This document shows positions 35,101-47,675 of a stretch of DNA of 64,000 nt, piece by piece; within the stretch, counting starts at the first letter, position 1; each line of letters opens with the position of its first letter. Made by a program: the position numbers and the translations under genes. The DNA lies in assembly GCA_013265495.1 (NCBI GenBank), contig MU057560.1:2108909-2172908 (forward strand), read 5' to 3'. The notes under the pieces were generated by a model, which saw only the letters and a list, made by a program, of their open reading frames with translations, ran no database searches and was not told where the DNA came from. The DNA is from Vicugna vicugna. Its lineage: Eukaryota.

Positions 35101-37239
35101 GCCCTTGCCTTGGAGAAGTGACCTCGGTGCTGTTCATGGGGTTGGGACGCCAGGGAGGCTCGGGCGGCCCTCGCCTTGGGTCAGGGATCTGGCCCTGGGC
35201 ATGCAGCCCCTGCCTGCAGGGTGGGGGGAGCCTGACCAGTGAGGACGGCTGGTGCCCATGTCCCGCCCCCAAGGGCTGGCGCCAGGCTGAGTGAAGCAAG
35301 GACCTGGGGCCGCTCTTGGGACTTGCCAGCTTCCCGGTCCTCCACCCCCTCCCCCAGTTCCTGAGTCTCTGGGTCACGTCACCCCCTACTCTGCACAGAG
35401 GGAAAGGATATTCTCAGGCTGGCATCCTTTGTTTTAAAACTCTGTCCAGGGAGATGACCCAGAGAGAAGATGGGAGTGCCAGCGGGGTGGCTGGGGACGG
35501 AGCAGAGCTGGGGGCACCGTGAGGCCAGGATAAATGCAGAATTTCCCGTCTGCCTCGCCCCAGTCCACGGGGAGACACTAACAGAGCAGTTCTCTTCTAG
35601 GAGGAAAGCAAAACGGGCAATTCAAACTCCAGAAAGCTGAGCAGTGCATGAAAACCATAGGGCTGGAAGACTGCCTTTAATCAGGGGAGATGGTGGGTGT
35701 AGAGGCTCCCGGGAAAGCGCCTGTGGCCACAGCAGAATGGCTGCCGTCCTGCGCAGGGACATGGTGGCCTAGAAGGGATGTCCAGGCTGCAAGGAGGGTG
35801 GGGCTGTCCCGACACCATGCTCTGAATTTTGGCGAGAGCCCCTCCATGCGTCCTGTGGAGGGTGGCCAACTGAAGGACACGGACCCTTGTTGGAGAAGCC
35901 CCGCTCCTGGTTACTCTCCGCACATGCAGGGCCCTGCGCTACGCATTTGGAGTGAGATGTGTCTGGTTTTGGAGGCTGAGCTCCCGAGGTGGGCATGTGC
36001 CTCTGCCTTCCTGCAGCGTTTGACCCTGTTTTCAGTGGATGCTTTTCTCTGAGGTGCTGAAGGGTCGGTCTCATCCACTGAGATCTGCACATCTGGACTC
36101 AAGCCAAGTGCCTGCCACACCCACACTGGCTGGCAGGTCCAGGAGTGACACCCGAGGAGCCCGAGGGAGGGATGGAGGGGCTGGGGAGGGGCAGGGGTGG
36201 GAGGTGGGCCCTGCCGCTCGGCAGCGACTCCAGTCAGCATCTGCTCTTCCCCCGACCACGGCGATGACCATGGCGAGGACCGTGGCGACGGCCAGGCTTT
36301 GTAAGTGGAAGTGCTTTCTGTGGTCGTGTTGGTGTTCCTGTGTCATTAATGCCTGATTTGCGTGATACTGCCCTTCCAACTCCCTAGCAGACCGATGGCG
36401 GAAGACCTGTTTTCAGCTGTAGCATTTGGCGTTCACAGTCATGTGCTTGTCTATCCCACGGTAACGTTCAAAGGGGTTGGATAACTGATGAAAATCTCTG
36501 AAACGCTGCACATCCAGCCTGAACGCCTTGTTGGGGGATGAGAGTGCTCTGTGTGCTAGAGGCCCTCTACGTCCCTCAGTAGAAGTAGAAGTGGTTGCAC
36601 GGGAAGTGAGGAGTTAGGGTCAGGAGTGGCCCGCTCCTCCCGCCGGCTGCTTCCACCCCGGCACCGGCTCCCGAGAGCCTCTAGCCCCATCAGGAGTGAT
36701 GGAAGGAGAGCCCCCGCTCGTTAGCCCGGGGAGGCATGCGGCTGAGCCGTCTGGGAGTCAGCGCAGTCCTGCTCTTAGGCCTCACAGCCGCGTGCCGGTG
36801 GTTTCACAGGAACGATTCCTGGGGAAAAGGAGAGTAAGTCTCAGGAGAGGCTGTGAGGATGCAGGGAACGTGGTGGATGGAGCATCAAGGAAGGGTCGGG
36901 TGAGACAGGCGGGTGAGCAGAGCCCGGGAAGAGACCCACGTCCCAGCTCCGGTCCCCGCAGGAAGGGCCTCCTTCCTGGATTTCTTTTCCTCTTAGGAAA
37001 CCAGAGAACCTGGCTGATGTTGGTCACCCAGTGAATGAGGGGGTGGATCTCACGCTGGATGCGTACCAGGCACGTGTCCATCAGTCCATCCGTCTGTCCA
37101 TCTTCCCAGCAAACGCCATCATGTGCGTGCTGAATGCTGGGCATGTCTCTGGATGTTGGGAAGACAGGTGTTTTCTGGCCCCTGCCCACATGGAATCAGA
37201 TCCATGTTTCTCCCCTCGGCTCAGCGCCAAGGTTGTCGA

Positions 37240-37392
37240 GCCTGGTGTCAGGAGCTTGGTTTTGGAGTCGGGTCTGAGGCTGCACTGCTCCTCCCTGCCG
37301 ACCTGTCCTTGGACGTGTCCTTGGGTTGGCTGCCTCTCCCTGAGCTGTGGTTTCCTGTCTGCACGTGAGGTGGAGGGCCCCGGGCAGATGGA
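37240..37392 (+). mobile_element. MIR fragment, preceded by an L2 tail remnant at about 37075-37200
   Basis: ttttggagtcgggtc...gtgtccttgggttggctgcctctccctgagctgtggtttcctgtctgcac resembles the MIR core. Confidence 0.55.
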
Positions 37393-40300
37393 CGCAGTGA
37401 TACCCAGGGGACACCAGAGCCTGTACCCTGCGAGGTGCCCAGCGGGGCACGAGGGAATGCAGGGCACCCCTGCCCCCCATCCCCAGAGCACACTGCTCTC
37501 TGTGCACTGATGGAAATGCTTCCCACGGCACTGAGAGGAAAACACGAGACATCTCAGAGGACAAGGCACTGCGGAGGGCCCACCCACACTTCAGTGGCCG
37601 TTCCGGTCAGCGGCGTGGCGCCGCCAGCTGGCTTGGTCCCCAGGCCATCACAGCGCACGCCTGCCGGGAGCCAGCGCCGCAGCCTCAACCAGGACTGTCT
37701 GTAGGCTCTGAGGGCAGACTGTTGGCAGATGGCTTTCAAGGTTGAACACGAGGGAAGGCACGAGAGGCCCGAACGGGGGCCACGGTTTAGGGGAGGCTTG
37801 GCTGTGCACAGGCCTGTGCGCAGGGAGGGGAGAAGGCGACGCCCCACCTCAGCTGCTAGGGCTTCGAGTGTTCCGGACAAAAGGTGGAGGGACTGACAGC
37901 CCCACTCCGCCTGGCCACGTCCAGGGCTGTGTGAGCTGCGGGGTGGTTGCAGGGCAGGCCTGGCCCTCCACCCTGCAAGTGCCGTGTGGAGGGGGGGGTC
38001 TCCCCAGCTCGGGCACAGAGGACAGGCCAGCGGGCCTTGGGGACACTGCTCACACCCGTCCGGCTGGGGGGCGGCGGACAGTGTGTTTGTGGGGGTCGTC
38101 CTCACTTAGTTGAGTCAGCTGGGATCTCATGGATGCTGCACTTATGAGCTCTCACTGGCTCTCTTTTTTGTGGTGTTGGATGTAAAATTCCCATTTTCCA
38201 GCACTTCTGGTATTTGAATTTGGCCTTTCCATCTGAACCTCACTCAACTTAACCAGTAGGAGACCCTCCGGTGTGTGAGAAAGGGGCCTGCACTGTTCCG
38301 TGGATCTGTGGTTTCAGTCTCTCATTTCTGTGAAAAGTACCTGTCATTTCTATTTTGTCTCTTTTTCTGACCCATCTGTGGGAATTTAGGAATTTGAAAT
38401 AATCACAATTACTTTTGAAAAAAGAAGAAAATTCAAATAATTTATTTTAGAATCAGGTTTCAGCACAGGGTTTTAGTTTGAGGTGATTGGATGGGTAGAA
38501 ATGAGCTTTATTCAACAGGGAATGTTACAACTTAGTGACTTAAGTTGCATTTTGAATTGGCCGTCTGAGAGCTTCTGCGGGACCCTTGGTGGGAGGCCGA
38601 GGTCTCTGCACGCAGCAGACACTCACGTGCCGCGTCTGAGGACCGTGGCTTTGGAGCAGCTGACTAAACCCTCACCCTGTCCTCGTGTTTTCATCTTGTC
38701 ACTGGAACTGCTCCCTTCCATTTGCCTTTTCTCATCGTTTTGTTTTGTTCTGCTTTTCCTTCTAACAAGAAAGATACAAACGTTCCTGGTGACGGGGGTG
38801 GAGCTGCCCTTCCCCACCCTCCTCCCTCCTCCAGGGCCGGTGAGGGACGCCAGCAGCCGGGGCAAACCCACTGCAAACCCAGGGCACTTCTGGGCAAAGT
38901 AGAGAGATCGAATTTCCATGTTTCTAAGTTGAGTGGAGTTTTGCGTTAATGAGCCCAGCCCGCTGCTGGCGCGGCCGCAGGAGGAAGCGCAGGAGTGAGC
39001 CTCGCTCGCAGATGGGAGGAGCTGGTAGACCAGGTCGCTGTGCGGGGCGCTGCATGTGGACACCACCCGGCCCCTGGCCCGGCCCTGTCTTAGGGGCCTG
39101 TGCACACCACCCTGAGCAGGAGAGAAGTGACAGGAGGTGCGGAACCAGGAGGAAGGGCCAAGGAGAGGGCGGGGCCGCCGCGCAGGCAGCTCTCAGAAGG
39201 GACCCAGGGCTGCAGCAACCAGGACCGTGGAGCGAGTTCCTGCGGACTGAGCGGGGCGCCCGTATCCTTGCACTGGCCCTGGTCACGGAGCTGTGCCTGT
39301 GCATCCCGCTGAGCGCAGGCTCATTCCTGGAGCCACGCTGGTGGGGCTGGGGCTTTCGTGGGAATAGGCCGGAGCGCCCCTCCCTCTGCAGAAGGGCTTG
39401 CTCACTAGTATTGAAACCAGGCGGGATACTTGCTCATTTATTCAACAAACATGCTCTGAGTTCTCACCACCCACGAGGCACACGGGGCAGTGAGTCCTCC
39501 ACGGCCCTACCTCCCTGGGCTCAGATTCCGCCCTCTGAATGCCCGTCTGTCTGTCCACGGCCCCCGCTGCTACCCAACCACGAGGAGCAGCGCAGGAGGG
39601 AGAAGTGCACCTGCAGTTGGGAGGCCGGGGTCCAGCTCTGGGTGAGCCGGCGGGGCGGGTGTGGGGATGTCTGACCATGAGGTCTGGTTGCCTTGTCCTC
39701 AGACCTGGGGATAAAGGCACAAAACCATATGGGGAGGATGCGTGCTGAGGGGCTCAACGGGTAGCTTCCCTGTGGGGACTCAGGGCAGGTTTCCCCCAGA
39801 CTTGGTCCTGCTGGTTGCACGGATCAGGGATGCTCCAGGGCCTGCCCAGATCTCTTCTCTCTCTTCTCCACCGCCAGCCACCCCACCTGCCTGGTGTGCT
39901 CTAGGGCACTTCCCCTCTGTGCCCACCTGTCTCAAGCCACAGCCAGCCACCCCCCCTAACCCTGGCCACTGCAGTCGGGAGCCATTTCCACAGATGGCAT
40001 CTCCCCTGCCCCACCCTCAGGCTTCTGGTGCTGGGGGATGAGAAGCCTCTTTCTCCTTTGTTCCTGCCTGCAGGCTGCTTCCTGCCCACAGGCCCCAGGA
40101 GGCATGGTTCATGCAGGACGCTCTGTGGACCACTGAGAGGGCCCTGACTGTGGGGGAGGGCGTTTTGGGCGCCTCCCTTGGGCTCACGGGCAGACACGAG
40201 AGTTACAGCTGGTCAGGTGGGTGCTCAGTGGAGCTGCACCCCGCCTCATTCATCCTGCTCAGCCTGTGTCAGACTCAGAGACCGCTGAAATCTCTAATAG

Positions 40301-43129
40301 CCTCGGATTCCGACTTGCAGTGCCCTGCGGGCACCTCCTCCCCTCCAGCTGGATCAGATTATGTCCCCAGCTGGGCACCGCTAGCCCTTAGCTGAGCCGA
40401 CCAGAGCGGCTATTCAGGCTTACAAAGGCTCTAATCTCCTTTGAGTCCCCTAAGCTTGGACTCATAATCCCTGCAGCCCTCCACACACCGCGTGGGGACA
40501 GTTGGCAGCCTCAAGGATGCATTTTCCATTCATTTGCCCGATTATCTTTTTATCTCATTAAGTGCCTTTGGCTCACGTGTTACATGGAAAAGCTAGACTG
40601 GCATCACATGAGCCTTCGAGACACAGATCGGGATTTTCCCTTTCAGAGCGGTGGGCCCTCCCAGAGCCAGGAGACTTCATTTTGTTTCTAACTCTGGGGC
40701 TAGTGAACCGCGTGATTCAGGGGAGGGTGGCTCATTTCCTCAATTGTAGAATGGGGGCGTGGTGCAGGGGTTCCCTCAGCTGGGATGACCTTGGGTCTGA
40801 ATCTGTTGAGTGAAGCAGCGTGGCTTGTAGAGACGCCGGCCTGCCCTCTGGGGGCTCCGGTCACTTTAGTCCTAATTCAGCACGGGACCGTCTTCAGGCG
40901 AGCTCTGAAGACAGAGATAAGAAGAGAATGCCTCACTGGTTATTACAGCCTTTTCCTTCTAAAGATCAGGTTTTCCTTCCTAAAAGCACCTTGGTTTCTT
41001 TGATAACTGGTGGATGTGTGTTGAATGCGCTACCGAGATTCATGCAGATGTGGAAATCCTCAGAGTTCCAGAGCCAATTTGCATGTCTCGATGGACACCT
41101 CCAGCGTTTCTCATCTCGCACTGTTTACCTTCAATTTCATCTGCTTCTGAGGATTTGGAGAGTTCCTGATAATGCCTACCGCATTTCTTGGATCTAAAGC
41201 ACACTTGTGATTCAGCACATTTTGCAGCTTGGCACATTTCGAGGGTGGAGAGGGAGTGATGTTGACTGGTGCATCTTGTGGGCACCGAAGTCTGACTTTC
41301 TGGTCCTCCTTGGGGTGATTTCCAGTGTTCGCATGTTTCAGTAAGGGACTTTGCACTCACCTTGTACCCATCAAATTTTCAGAGTAAGTTCCGGGAAGAA
41401 AAATTCATAATCTTTCAGAAAATCCAGATTTTCTATATGCTAGAAATTCTCTTAAACCTTGTACTTCTTATGAATTTTTAGAAAAATGCATTGGTTCAGC
41501 ACATTTTGCGAAAGTCTTGTTGCTGACCTGGGTCTTGGGCTGTTTCAGGCTTTGCTGGGGCTCATGCTGCAGCGCCGGGGGAGAACAAGAAGCAGGTGCC
41601 CTTAGCTCCTTCAGTGAGGTGCGGGTGGGGCGCATGGGCAGGTCGGGTGGAGGGAGGCTTTGGCGGGGCCTGCTCGCCCCTGTGGTGGTACCGTGTGCTG
41701 GGATTGTGCGCAGAACCTGCTTTTGCTCCCGGCCCCTCAGAAGTGGCAGTTGGTTTGCGGCCTTTTTGAATCTTACTGTTCATAGTTGCCCTGACTGACT
41801 GCACATGTGTGCAGCTGTTTTAGGCCCCTTATGGTTTCCTTGAGTTCTGTTGCTTGAGAAGATGTCTGTCCAGGTACAAGCCCTTGGGTAGAGGGTGCAG
41901 GTCCAACGTGTCCCAGTATCTAGTGGTTTTCTTTTTGTCTTATGTGAGCCCATCCATTACGTGTCCAGATCCCACCTGCCCCGTGGGAACTCCCGTGGGA
42001 CTCTTCACCCTGTGGCACGCCCCCAGCTGTGCCCTGGCTCCCTTGTTCAGATCTAAGATGAGCCCAGTGGAGGAAGTTTTGCATGTTATCACATCCACAG
42101 TGTCCACACTCTGGGTTTCCCTGGTGGTAGGCTGTGAAAGTTATGGAGGCCATGCCCCCTCCTGGTGCACACAGGAGCCAGCTGTGTGTCACAGGACCAC
42201 ATGGAGGTGTGTGCACATGGGCTTCAAGAGTGTGGAATGAAGGCTGTCCTCTCCAGCTGTGCACCTCGTGGATTCACGGGCATTGCCATTACTTCCTGAC
42301 TCATGTCCCAGCCTGTTTTCTGATTTGTCCATCTTTCGTGCTGATGCCGGGCCATCCATCCTGAAGCGTGGTGCTCTCAGCCCTCCTTTTGTGTTGATTT
42401 GAGTTCTTTTCCCTGCCGGGCACTTGTGTCCTGACTCAGAACCACCAGCCCCCGCCCATTATCTGGAGCAGACCCTCCACGCTTCTCGTCTGGTCCTCAG
42501 AGGGCTTCATACCTCACTTCTCTCAGGTTTAAGTCACCTTGCTGTAGCCCAGATTGAGCCGTTGGCCATTCTCCGTCTTCTGAGTCCCCTGGGCCCTTAA
42601 TCCTACTTTTGAACACCTTTGCGTTTATTTCCGTGTGCCCAAACCTTCCTCGGGGCTTAGGTTAAACAGCTGCGTTCCCGGCACTCTTTCCCTGTAACCC
42701 TGTCCTGGAGGGAAGGGCCTCTTTCCTTTCGCACTTCCCCTGGATCTCTCTCAAAGCTGTCGCCACTCTTGACCTTGTGTTATTTAACCATTGGACTAGG
42801 TTTTGCATCCTTGTGGGCAACGTCTGTGTCTGACTCGGCTTCATGCCTCATTGTCTTCCAGTCTTTCTCTGGGACTCCTGTGCTTCTGACCAGCCAGCCA
42901 GGCCGTTGTCCTCCGGCCTCGAGTGTGTGTGCTTCTCCCACACGCGGAGAGGGTGCGTTTGGACTGTATCTTGATAGCAAGTGGGGCAAAACCACCCCCA
43001 GTTTCCTCTCCAGAGAGACACAGACGATTCCCTGGCCCTCTCTTCCCTGGGGTAGGAAAGGATGGGTCTGGAGGGCAGCGTCCACAGTTCCTGGACTTGA
43101 GGCTGAGGGAACAGCTCTGAAAAAGACCC

Positions 43130-44960
43130 ACGTCCAACAGCATAGCCGTGAGTGGGGCACCCCCTTTGCTGGGCTCCTGGTGGCCCACGGTCATCTGCCA
43201 GACTTTCTGCAGAGGCCAGAGAGGGGATTAGACAGGGCCCAGTCCTTCACTTCCTTGGTCCTCAAAGTAGGGGCACGTCTCCACCGCCGTCTTTGCCAAT
43301 ACTTAGTGGTGTTGATCTTCTTCACGTTAAAGTTGATCTGTCCTGGCAGCTATGTCATGTGTCTCATTTTGGTTTCATTCTGTGTTTCCTCAATTACTGT
43401 CGGTGTTGAGCGTCTTTTCTGGTGCTCATTGACCATTCATATGTTTTCTTCTGTGAAATGTCTGATTCAGTCTTCTGCGCATTTAAAAAAATTGGGTTAT
43501 TTTTCCTATTACTGAGTTGTAAGAATTCTTTGTATATTCTGGATACAAGCGCTTTCTAGACATGTATTCTGAGTATTTTCTCCAGGTTTCTCCAATTTTT
43601 TAAATAGTCTCTAAGGGCTGAAGTCTTAAAGTTTGATGATGTCAGCGTCTGCTGGTGAATGGAAGTTCTCAATTTTAATTCGGCCTGTTGCCAGTCTTTC
43701 CCTTTGTGATTGATTAGTGGTTTTTCTGCCCTGATTAATAAATCTCTGCTTATTCCAAGGTTGCGAGGATATTCTACTACGTATTCTAGAGAAGATTTTT
43801 ATTATTTTATCTTTCCTATTTTGACTTATCTGGACTTAGTTTTGGGGTGTGTTGTGAGGTAGAAATGCAATTCACTTTTTCATATGGATGTACAATGGAT
43901 CCAGCTTCTTTAATTGAAAAGGCCATCCTTTGTCCACTCCAAAAATGGCATCATGTTGTAAACTAGGTGTCCATCTTTGTAAGGTCTGTTTCTGGATCCA
44001 TAGTCTTTCTCTGGGCTATTTATCTAATCTGTGTATCAGCAGGAAACTGATACCAGATTGTAAAGCATCCAGTTTGTTCTTCTGTGTCACTGTGTTGGCT
44101 GTCTGGGCAGTTCACATTTGTATGTAAGTTTTAGGACTTCAGAGTAGGTTTTCGATTTCTATCAAAAAACAAACAACCCCCCCCCCCCAAAATCCGCTAG
44201 AACTTTGGAGCTCACGGACTGCAGTCAGGAAGCTTCCATCCATGAGCATGGCTCGCCCCTCCATCCACTGGGCCTCTGCTGCCTCTCAGCGGTGTTCTTA
44301 CTTCACTGCTGTGGTTTGAGATGTTACTGGATGTTTCATTCTTTAATTTGAGCATTGATTCTTCTTCAACTTTTGTTTTCTGAACTTTTGTTGCTAATCT
44401 ATAGATGTCAATTGATTTTTAGGTGTCACCTTTATGTTTAGCAATTTTGCTGAAGTCCCTGTTTTATTTCTGATATCTGTATGTGTACCTGTAGATCCTC
44501 TGAAGTTTTCTGCACAGGTAAGCGTGAGCAAGTAATAGTATTTTTATCCTTTTCCTATTCTTATACCGTACCTTTTTTTCTGGCCGTACGGAGTAGTTAG
44601 GACTCCTAGTAGACTGTTAACTAGAGGTGGCAACACAAAGCAGTCTCATCTCAGTCCTCTTTCCAAGGGGAAAGCGTTTACTGTGTCGCCCCCAGCTGTT
44701 ATGTTTGCTGGGTGGGCAGACAGCACAGGAAGAGTTACTTTCCTGACACTTGAACAAAATTCTCCAGAGAAGGGCTTGTTCAGCGGGGGACCTGCCGCTA
44801 GGCCTGTCTCTGTACCACAGCTGTTTTCGCTGTCTGGTACCTTGTGTCATTCCGTGTAGTTTGCTCCTGGTGCAGTGCAGCCACGACGTAGTTCTCACAT
44901 TATTAGTTCCATCACTTTGCAGATTAGACGTGTCTTTTTGTGTCACTTGGGAGGATTCAG
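43130..44960 (-). mobile_element. Old LINE1 ORF2/3' segment
   Basis: ttgagcgtcttttc...ttgaccattcatatgttttcttctgtgaaatgtctg, gaattctttgtatattctggatacaag, ttccatccatgagcatgg. Confidence 0.85.
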
Positions 44961-46186
44961 ATAGCCTGTGCCTCCACTGGGTGAATGTTTCGGGCGTTCA
45001 CTTCTTTGCAGAAAGGAGTTGCCAACTCTCCTTCATTAGTTACCCCCCTGTTGTCAGGAGTTCCACTGCCAATCTCATGGGCTCTACAGAGAGAGTGCAG
45101 GGCTGGAAATCTCAGGAAAAATTAATTTCTCGTGTAGACAGAAACCGACCCAGTCAGAAGTGGGACATTTTTGAAAGTACTGTAAGGCCTTTTGTTTTTT
45201 TCCTTATTTCATGTGTGGGAATCACTACTCTTGGGTGTTCTTTTTCTACAATTCTTCTTTGTTTTTCTCTTGATACCAAGTGATGATTTAATGGTGAGCC
45301 TGTCCATCATTTCATCATTGCTTATTAAAGACCGCCTTTAAAAGGAGAAGGCTTTTGGCATGTATGCTGTTTAGAACTAAACGGGAAGCAGATTTTGAAG
45401 GGACTTATACTGGGGAATGTATGATTCAGTGTTTGTCGCCTAATGTTAAATCTGTTCCTTCTTGTTTCCTTTGTCTTTTTGTCTTGTTTTCGGTCTTATT
45501 GAAAGATTATCTGGAGGGCAGAGCCCAAGATCTGGGCACGTTCCCTGAGAAGAGGTGACCCGTCTCTCTTGTCTGTGCTTAGTCTCTCCATCCACAAAGC
45601 GGCTTTTCAAGGGGTTCCACAGATACATCTTCTAAATCAGGGGTGTCAGGCCTGAGGGGGTGCCGGGCAGCCACCGGCAGGAGCCTGCAAGGATGCCCTC
45701 GTTTGTGGGCGATGCTGTGCCCAAGTGGCTGGCGGGGCGGCGGAGGATGTCACAGTGGGGTCCCTGGCTGCTGTCCGCCAGGGCTGAGCCTGCGGTGCCC
45801 CGGGCCCCGCTCAGTAGATGGGGCTGGGAGCATCACAGACACCGTCTAGTGCATACGTGTGGGGGGAGCACACGCAGGGCCTGGTCCCTGTGCAAGGTTC
45901 TCTCACAGAGGTTGGAGGGAAGAGCTGTCTCATGTCCATCTTAGCACCCAGCTACACCACAGTGATTGTATCTGTAGGGCCTCCACCCCCATTACACTCC
46001 CTGTTTTGAAGAACTTTTGAAGAAGAACAGGAGATTGATTTTGAGGAAATTAAATTTTCTTGTGAAACAGGATGATGTTCTGGAACAGGGGAACAGGGGC
46101 GGCGCGCAGGGCAGGGGTCTGGGCAGGGTGCTGATGGCTGGGCAGGGGGGTCCCCACGCCCTGCTGACCTGTCGTTTGTTGCTCAG

Positions 46187-46343
46187 CTGCAGACAGCAAG
46201 GTGCTGACGTGCGCTGCGGTGTGGAGGATGCCCGCAGAGCTGGAGCCCGGCGGCCACGAGTCCCCCGAGGACGCAGCGAGCCCCGCACACGCCCTGGAGC
46301 TGCTCTGCCACCTGGACCACGCGGCCCGCGGCAGCACTGCCTG
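46187..46343 (+). CDS. EIPR1: EIPR1 coding exon 4 ([52 protein letters not shown]+2 nt), 157 nt
   Basis: gctgac...ttgttgctcAG acceptor and TG|gtaggt donor; phase 1 start completes exon 3's last codon; [14 protein letters not shown] and LELLCHLD match EIPR1. This frame is absent from the ORF track. Confidence 0.94.
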
Positions 46344-47039
46344 GTAGGTTCAGCCCTGCACCTGGCAGGCCTGGAGGTCAGGCCCACGCCGCAGAGGCCT
46401 CTCCGGTCTGCAAAGAAGGTGACACCCACTGCCTGCTTCTGTCTTTTTAGTGCCAGTTGTTCTCCCGATTAGACATGTGGGTGGAAGCCCCACTGCACAC
46501 GTGCTGAGAGAGGCTGCGTCCAGTCCCCGGTCTTCTGAAGTCAGGTTTCGGCACCTGCCGGGGGGCTGGCAGTCAGGTGCCCCGCGGCCTTGTGGTGCCT
46601 TTACCTCAGAAATACACTTTCACTCAGCAACCCTGTGCGTAAGCTAACTGATTTGTGACTTCAGGCTCAAGGCCTATGGTTTCTTCCTCTGTGGACCCCG
46701 CTGGAGGCCCCACACGCCCCTCTCCGCAGCTTCGGGCCACATTCATTTCCCCCAGGTGTCCTGTCCTTTGCCGTCTCAGAATGGAGAGATGCCACCACCA
46801 TCCCTCAGTGCCCCCGGCTGCCCTGCTGTGGTGGCGGGAGTGCTGCGCCCCAGGGCGGCCCTCAGACCCTCCACAGGACACTCGCAGCCCCTCTCCGAGC
46901 GCTGGGCCTTGGCCCACTTACAGAGCCGTGCTTCCTAGAAGGGGCCGGCTACGGTGTCTGCGCTGTGGGTCGTCGTGCTTTACTAACTCCGGAGCACCCC
47001 CGCGTGCATGTGTGTGCATGAGAGCCAATTAAGCCAACT

Positions 47040-47300
47040 TAATCCAGGAGACGTTATTAAACACCTGCTGCACACGCTGCCAGGCTCCAGGGACCCAGGG
47101 TGATGGGTCGGGGACAGGCCTCAAGGAGTCACATCTCTCAGGGAGACCACGGTGTGAACAGCGAAGCAAGACCCTGGGCCAGCAGGGACAGCCCTGGAGT
47201 TGTGATGAACTGTGTGCTATGGGCCCTCTGGGGAGAAAGTCATTAATTTTGACTAGAGGAATTGGTGAGGGACTCTCTGAGGAGGTGACACTTGGAGCTG
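47040..47300 (-). mobile_element. LINE2 remnant
   Basis: ttattaaacacctgct, gcctcaaggagtcacatct, ctctctgaggaggtgacacttggagctg. Confidence 0.6.
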
Positions 47301-47554
47301 GGACCAATCCCAGTCCCCAGCGTCACCCACGTCTGGAGGCAGGGGGTCGCAGAGCTGCGGGCCCTGTGGCAAGGGGCCCTGGGAGGCCTTTGTCTGTCTG
47401 CGGGGTCTCTTCTCCCCAAGGCATCGCACCGTCCGCAGAGAAGGAGGGATGCAGGGGGTGTCCTGCCCCCCTGGGGAGCTGCCTCAGCTGCCACTGCACA
47501 GGGCTGCTCAGAGCCCATGTCTCAGATGACAGCCCTGTTTTCCCAGCAAACATT

Positions 47555-47675
47555 TGCACGTGTGTGTGTGTGTGAGAGTGAGAGTGTGTGCCTGTATGCA
47601 TGCGTGTGTGTGCATGTCTGTGTGAGTGGGAGCACGAGCACGTGTGTGTGCCCGTGTGTGCATCCATGTGTGCCT
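47555..47675. repeat. Degenerate (TG)n microsatellite
   Basis: Visible directly. Confidence 0.85.
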
